Positions 60,477 to 64,000 of a stretch of DNA of 64,000 nt are shown one piece after another. A program made the position numbers and the translations under genes. The notes under the pieces were generated by a model. The model was not told where the DNA came from, made no database searches, and was given only the letters and a program-made list of their open reading frames with translations. The stretch covers positions 1,309,520 through 1,373,519 of the forward strand of contig MU004193.1 of the NCBI GenBank assembly GCA_010093605.1. The letters run 5' to 3'. Numbering within the stretch: position 1 is the first letter of the stretch; each line of letters starts with the position of its first letter. This stretch comes from Lophium mytilinum (taxonomy: Eukaryota).

Positions 60477-61502
60477 ATGGCTCTCCCCACAACAATGAAA
60501 GCCTGGCAATACACCACAACCAAAGGTGGCCTCATCCCCAACCTGAAACTCAACCCTACCGCCTCCTTCCCCGTCGCAAAAGACCCCTCAACCCAACACA
60601 TCGTCCAAATCTTCTCCACCTGCCTGAACCCCGTCGACGTCAAGCCCGCCGAAGCCATGCCCTCCTTCATGCTGCCGAAACCCGCCACCCCCGGCATCGA
60701 CTTCGTCGGCAAAATGGTCGTGCCCGCCAAGAACTCGGACCTGAAGGCCGGGCAAGTTGTTTTCGGTGGCGCGGGGCTGAGTCCGTTCGCTGGTGGTGCG
60801 TGTGCTGAGTACGCCATCGTGGACATCAAAGGCGCGGCGGCCCTGCCGGCCGGCGTGAGCGAGAGCGATGCCGCTACGATCGGGGTGGCGGGTATGACGG
60901 CGTATCAGACGATCGTGCCGCACGTCAAAGCCAACGACCGGGTCTTCCTCAACGGTGGCTCGGGGGGTGTGGGCGTTCTGGGGATTCAGATCGCGAAAGC
61001 GGTAGGCTGCCATGTCACGACTGCGTGCTCGACTGCGAATGTGGAGTTGTGCAAGAGCCTGGGGGCGGACGATGTGATTGATTACAAGAAGGGTAGTGTG
61101 GTGGAGGCGTTGAAGAGCAAGCCGCCTTTCGACCATGTCGTCGACAACGTGGGCAATGATCCGAATTTGTACTGGAATGCGCACCATTATATGAAGAAGT
61201 CGGCAAAGTTTATTGGGATTGCTGGGGAGCCGACACTGAAGTTCGTTATGTTCAGCGCGAAAGTTCGGTTGTGGCCTGGGTTCTTGGGTGGCGGGAAGAG
61301 GAAGTTTGAGGGATTCTTTGCGCAGCAGAACATAGATGAGTTGATGAGGATTGCCGGTTATATGAAGGAGGGGAAAATCAGGGCCGTCATTGATGAGAGG
61401 TTCCCATTTGAGAAGGCGCCCGATGCTTTTCGGAGGTTGAAGACAGGACGGGCGAGGGGGAAGGTCATGGTTGACGTTTCAGCTGGAGGCGGGAACGCGT
61501 GA
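60477..61502 (+). CDS. Zinc-independent MDR oxidoreductase (enoyl/quinone reductase, RTN4IP1-like)
   Basis: Motifs LNPVDVK, PGIDFVG, NGGSGGVG, LGADDVIDY and GRARGKV. The likely start is MALPTTMKAWQY at 60477. Confidence 0.9.
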   Translation: MALPTTMKAWQYTTTKGGLIPNLKLNPTASFPVAKDPSTQHIVQIFSTCLNPVDVKPAEAMPSFMLPKPATPGIDFVGKMVVPAKNSDLKAGQVVFGGAGLSPFAGGACAEYAIVDIKGAAALPAGVSESDAATIGVAGMTAYQTIVPHVKANDRVFLNGGSGGVGVLGIQIAKAVGCHVTTACSTANVELCKSLGADDVIDYKKGSVVEALKSKPPFDHVVDNVGNDPNLYWNAHHYMKKSAKFIGIAGEPTLKFVMFSAKVRLWPGFLGGGKRKFEGFFAQQNIDELMRIAGYMKEGKIRAVIDERFPFEKAPDAFRRLKTGRARGKVMVDVSAGGGNA

Positions 61503-61565
61503 GGTTCAGTTGCTGTATTCTGTGTTTTGCTTTTCTGTCGTGCAGATAATTGTAGTAAAGTTTCA

Positions 61566-64000
61566 TCATATAATTCGAATAGTTTGACGCGTCCATGGCC
61601 CCGCCTCTTTTACAGCAGAGAAGACTCCTACCCTCTGAAATTCTGGCAATGTAGCCAGGGCATTTTCTGTCCTCAGTACGAGACCATATGTCTGAGCTCG
61701 TAAGTCTGTACGAGGGATGGTCAAAACCCGAAGCGCAACAAGCTGGCCTTGCTTCGAACCGGTCTCGATGGAGGTGCTATCGTCCGAGAGCCAGTCCGGG
61801 AAGAAATCGAGAATTTTGTCGTCTTGGCTCCCGCTGAACTTCAAGCGATGCTTTCCAGTGTCAAAGCGTGTGCGATGTCGTGGTTTGAGCAGGGAAACCT
61901 CGGAGACAGGACCAGTGACATCGAGCAGACCAGCATCCACTAGGCCCCTCGAGTCGATGACGTTCTCGCCTTTAGATGAAACAAGCATCTGGTTCACCGT
62001 CATCTCAACAATGATATTCTCCGCCTTGAATTTGACGTCTCCAAAGTTGATGTACGGGAGGAGATCCACGCGACCGTTCACTGAAGCCCATGACCACGAC
62101 GGAGCGCAGTAAAGTGGCTGCTTCTTTTCCAGATGTCTCACTCTCCAAAGAAGTCCCAGTTCCACGAACACCGAGCTCCACAAACCAGCAAGGTAGGGTG
62201 TCTGAGCTCTGTCCTGGACCAACTCTGCAATCCCAGATATCGCTACGAGCTTGTCGGTCGGATACGTGAGGGCCCCTTCGGAATATGCAAACACAAGGCT
62301 ATACCACCGCTGATTGAACTCGATCTGCTCCCGCAAGCCGAGTCCAGAGGCAGCTCCAAGTGATTTCAGCACATCGAGTGCTCCTCGAACGCCTCGTGAG
62401 GCAGACCGATCAATGTAGTTGTCCCTACTAAAGCCAGCAAAACTCAAAAGTCGAGTCAGGATGTTCTCGTCAACCCAATCGAATAGCCGTCCATTGTGTA
62501 CTACATACGGTAGTTTCTCATACCTGGAGCCCTGTTCATCGAACTCGGAGGCCTGCATGGTATTGCATTCGAATAAGACCACATCGGAACAGAAATGGAC
62601 CAGGCGACGCGACAGCAACCTCTCTTGGAACGCCCACGCTCGCTTGGTCAATGGCGCTGTTTCCACTCGTGTGTCGAAGAGTGTCTTGATTGACGGCTTC
62701 TGGGCCGAGAGATAGTATCTCGTCTTCCCCGAAGTGACAAGGCTCCATGTCTCTGAAGGGGCAGGGCGTTTCCGAAAGCAGCCTCCATTTGAATCCTTTG
62801 ATGCGGTCGCCGAAAGAACGCATGCTGCATTGGAATACACCAGTCTCATGGCCGAAGACTCCTTTGCCCAATCATCCTCACAGTCTTGCAAAATGCACCT
62901 GTTGAAGGTTAAGCAGAGAGCTCCACCAATCTAATACCATCCACTTACAGAGAGTCAATCCAAAGGTATGATAGACCGAGATGGCGTGTGATGTAGACGG
63001 CTTCTTGAAAGTTCTTGGAGAGTGCATCGTTGTCGATCCCTTCTCGGGTCATGGAGGGATAATTCGTTGTCTCAAGTTTGTAGTCAATATCACCTCCCCA
63101 GCAGTGTGAGAGGGCCACGAAATCTGGCGCTGGATGTTGATTAAGGTCTGCTCCCAGTACTATCCTCAGCTCAGGGATTTCGGCTGTTCCTACATAGAGT
63201 AGTCGTGTTGGGATGAAAGCGAAGCCAGGAGTGTGCGGCTTGCATAGTTCGTGTTTTCTACACTCTTTAATCCAATTTTTGATTTTTGCAATGATAGAGA
63301 GAGTTCCTGTATAATCTAGGACATCTGGCTTTTCTTCTAGAACACCTTGCGCACACTATCAGTCTATGCATCTGAGATCGGCTAGTTATTCAGCGGCACA
63401 TACCTTCCGCAATGCATAGTTCCTTAAATTGAGGGCCAATGGGAGTCTCAAGCCTGATGAGAAATTGCAGGCCATATTCCTTGCCGAACGAGCTCCCTCG
63501 ATGGAGCTTAATCGTGACATTGAGAGCCTCATCTTGATTGGCTGATGGAAGTCCAAAAGACGGTGTTCTTTGAGAGATAGTGCCATAGTTTCCATAAGAG
63601 ATTCCCGAATTAGTTTGGGTGCTTGTTTCCAGCCTCTGGCTCGATAGGGCTTCGCACAGAGGACATCCCCGCCATGAACGTTGCATCTCCTCAAGCGTCG
63701 CGTAGAATCGATGTGTTTCCTTGGTCCGAACGAACATGATCCAAGATCCGAAAAGAAGGCCGGATCGCCCGAGCACACGGCGGCAGTGGTCGCAAAGAGT
63801 AGACTTCTCGAAGGGGTCCACTCTTCGATACCGAGGTAGACGAAATATCCAATGACGAAAAGTACAAGTATAAAATATCAATGACAGCCGAGAGACAATG
63901 GCCCAGAGAATCATGCCAGTAGCTACAGCGAAAATTAGACCTCCACACATAGCATAGCTGAAGAGAAGTGGGAAGAGAGCGATGCCAAATACCCATGCCG
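61566..64000 (-). CDS. HET-domain protein with hydrophobic N-terminal segments; 5' end lies outside the window (>=3 exons)
   Basis: A middle exon missed by the ORF track (~63346-62949) reads WIKECRKHELC..PTRLLYVG..FVALSHCWG..YLWIDSL. The last exon reads CILQD..MRLVYSNA..PLTKRAWAFQERLLS..APSWSWAS. No lesions seen. Confidence 0.9.

Overview
Gene-dense, intron-containing genomic DNA from a filamentous ascomycete (Pezizomycotina-type GT-AG introns with CTRAC/CTAAY branch sites). I find about 25 genes or gene relics and no rRNA, tRNA, CRISPR array or intact transposon. The left part holds a MYND-finger gene, a PTH11-like receptor, a LaeA-like methyltransferase, and a tandem array of three paralogous single-TM small ORFs running into a GH64 glucanase. 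At 12-20 kb, two leucine-catabolism genes (isovaleryl-CoA dehydrogenase, MCC beta) flank a protocatechuate-pathway trio (AhpD/CMD-like, intradiol dioxygenase, carboxymuconate cyclase). The region from 22 to 64 kb is rich in genes of the non-self-recognition type: a cryptic HET-like membrane protein head-to-head with a CorA-like gene, a ~1,430 aa CorA-tailed protein, and four HET-domain loci in different states of decay. The most striking locus is a single six-exon gene of ~2,400 aa (46397-38936, minus strand). It joins a HeLo-like N-terminus to a string of short fragments resembling conserved motifs of unrelated regulators (HapB/NF-YA, Som1/Flo8, Zn2Cys6, C2H2 and others), a candidate 'integrated decoy' mosaic. 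All family assignments come from motif recognition by eye; no searches were run.
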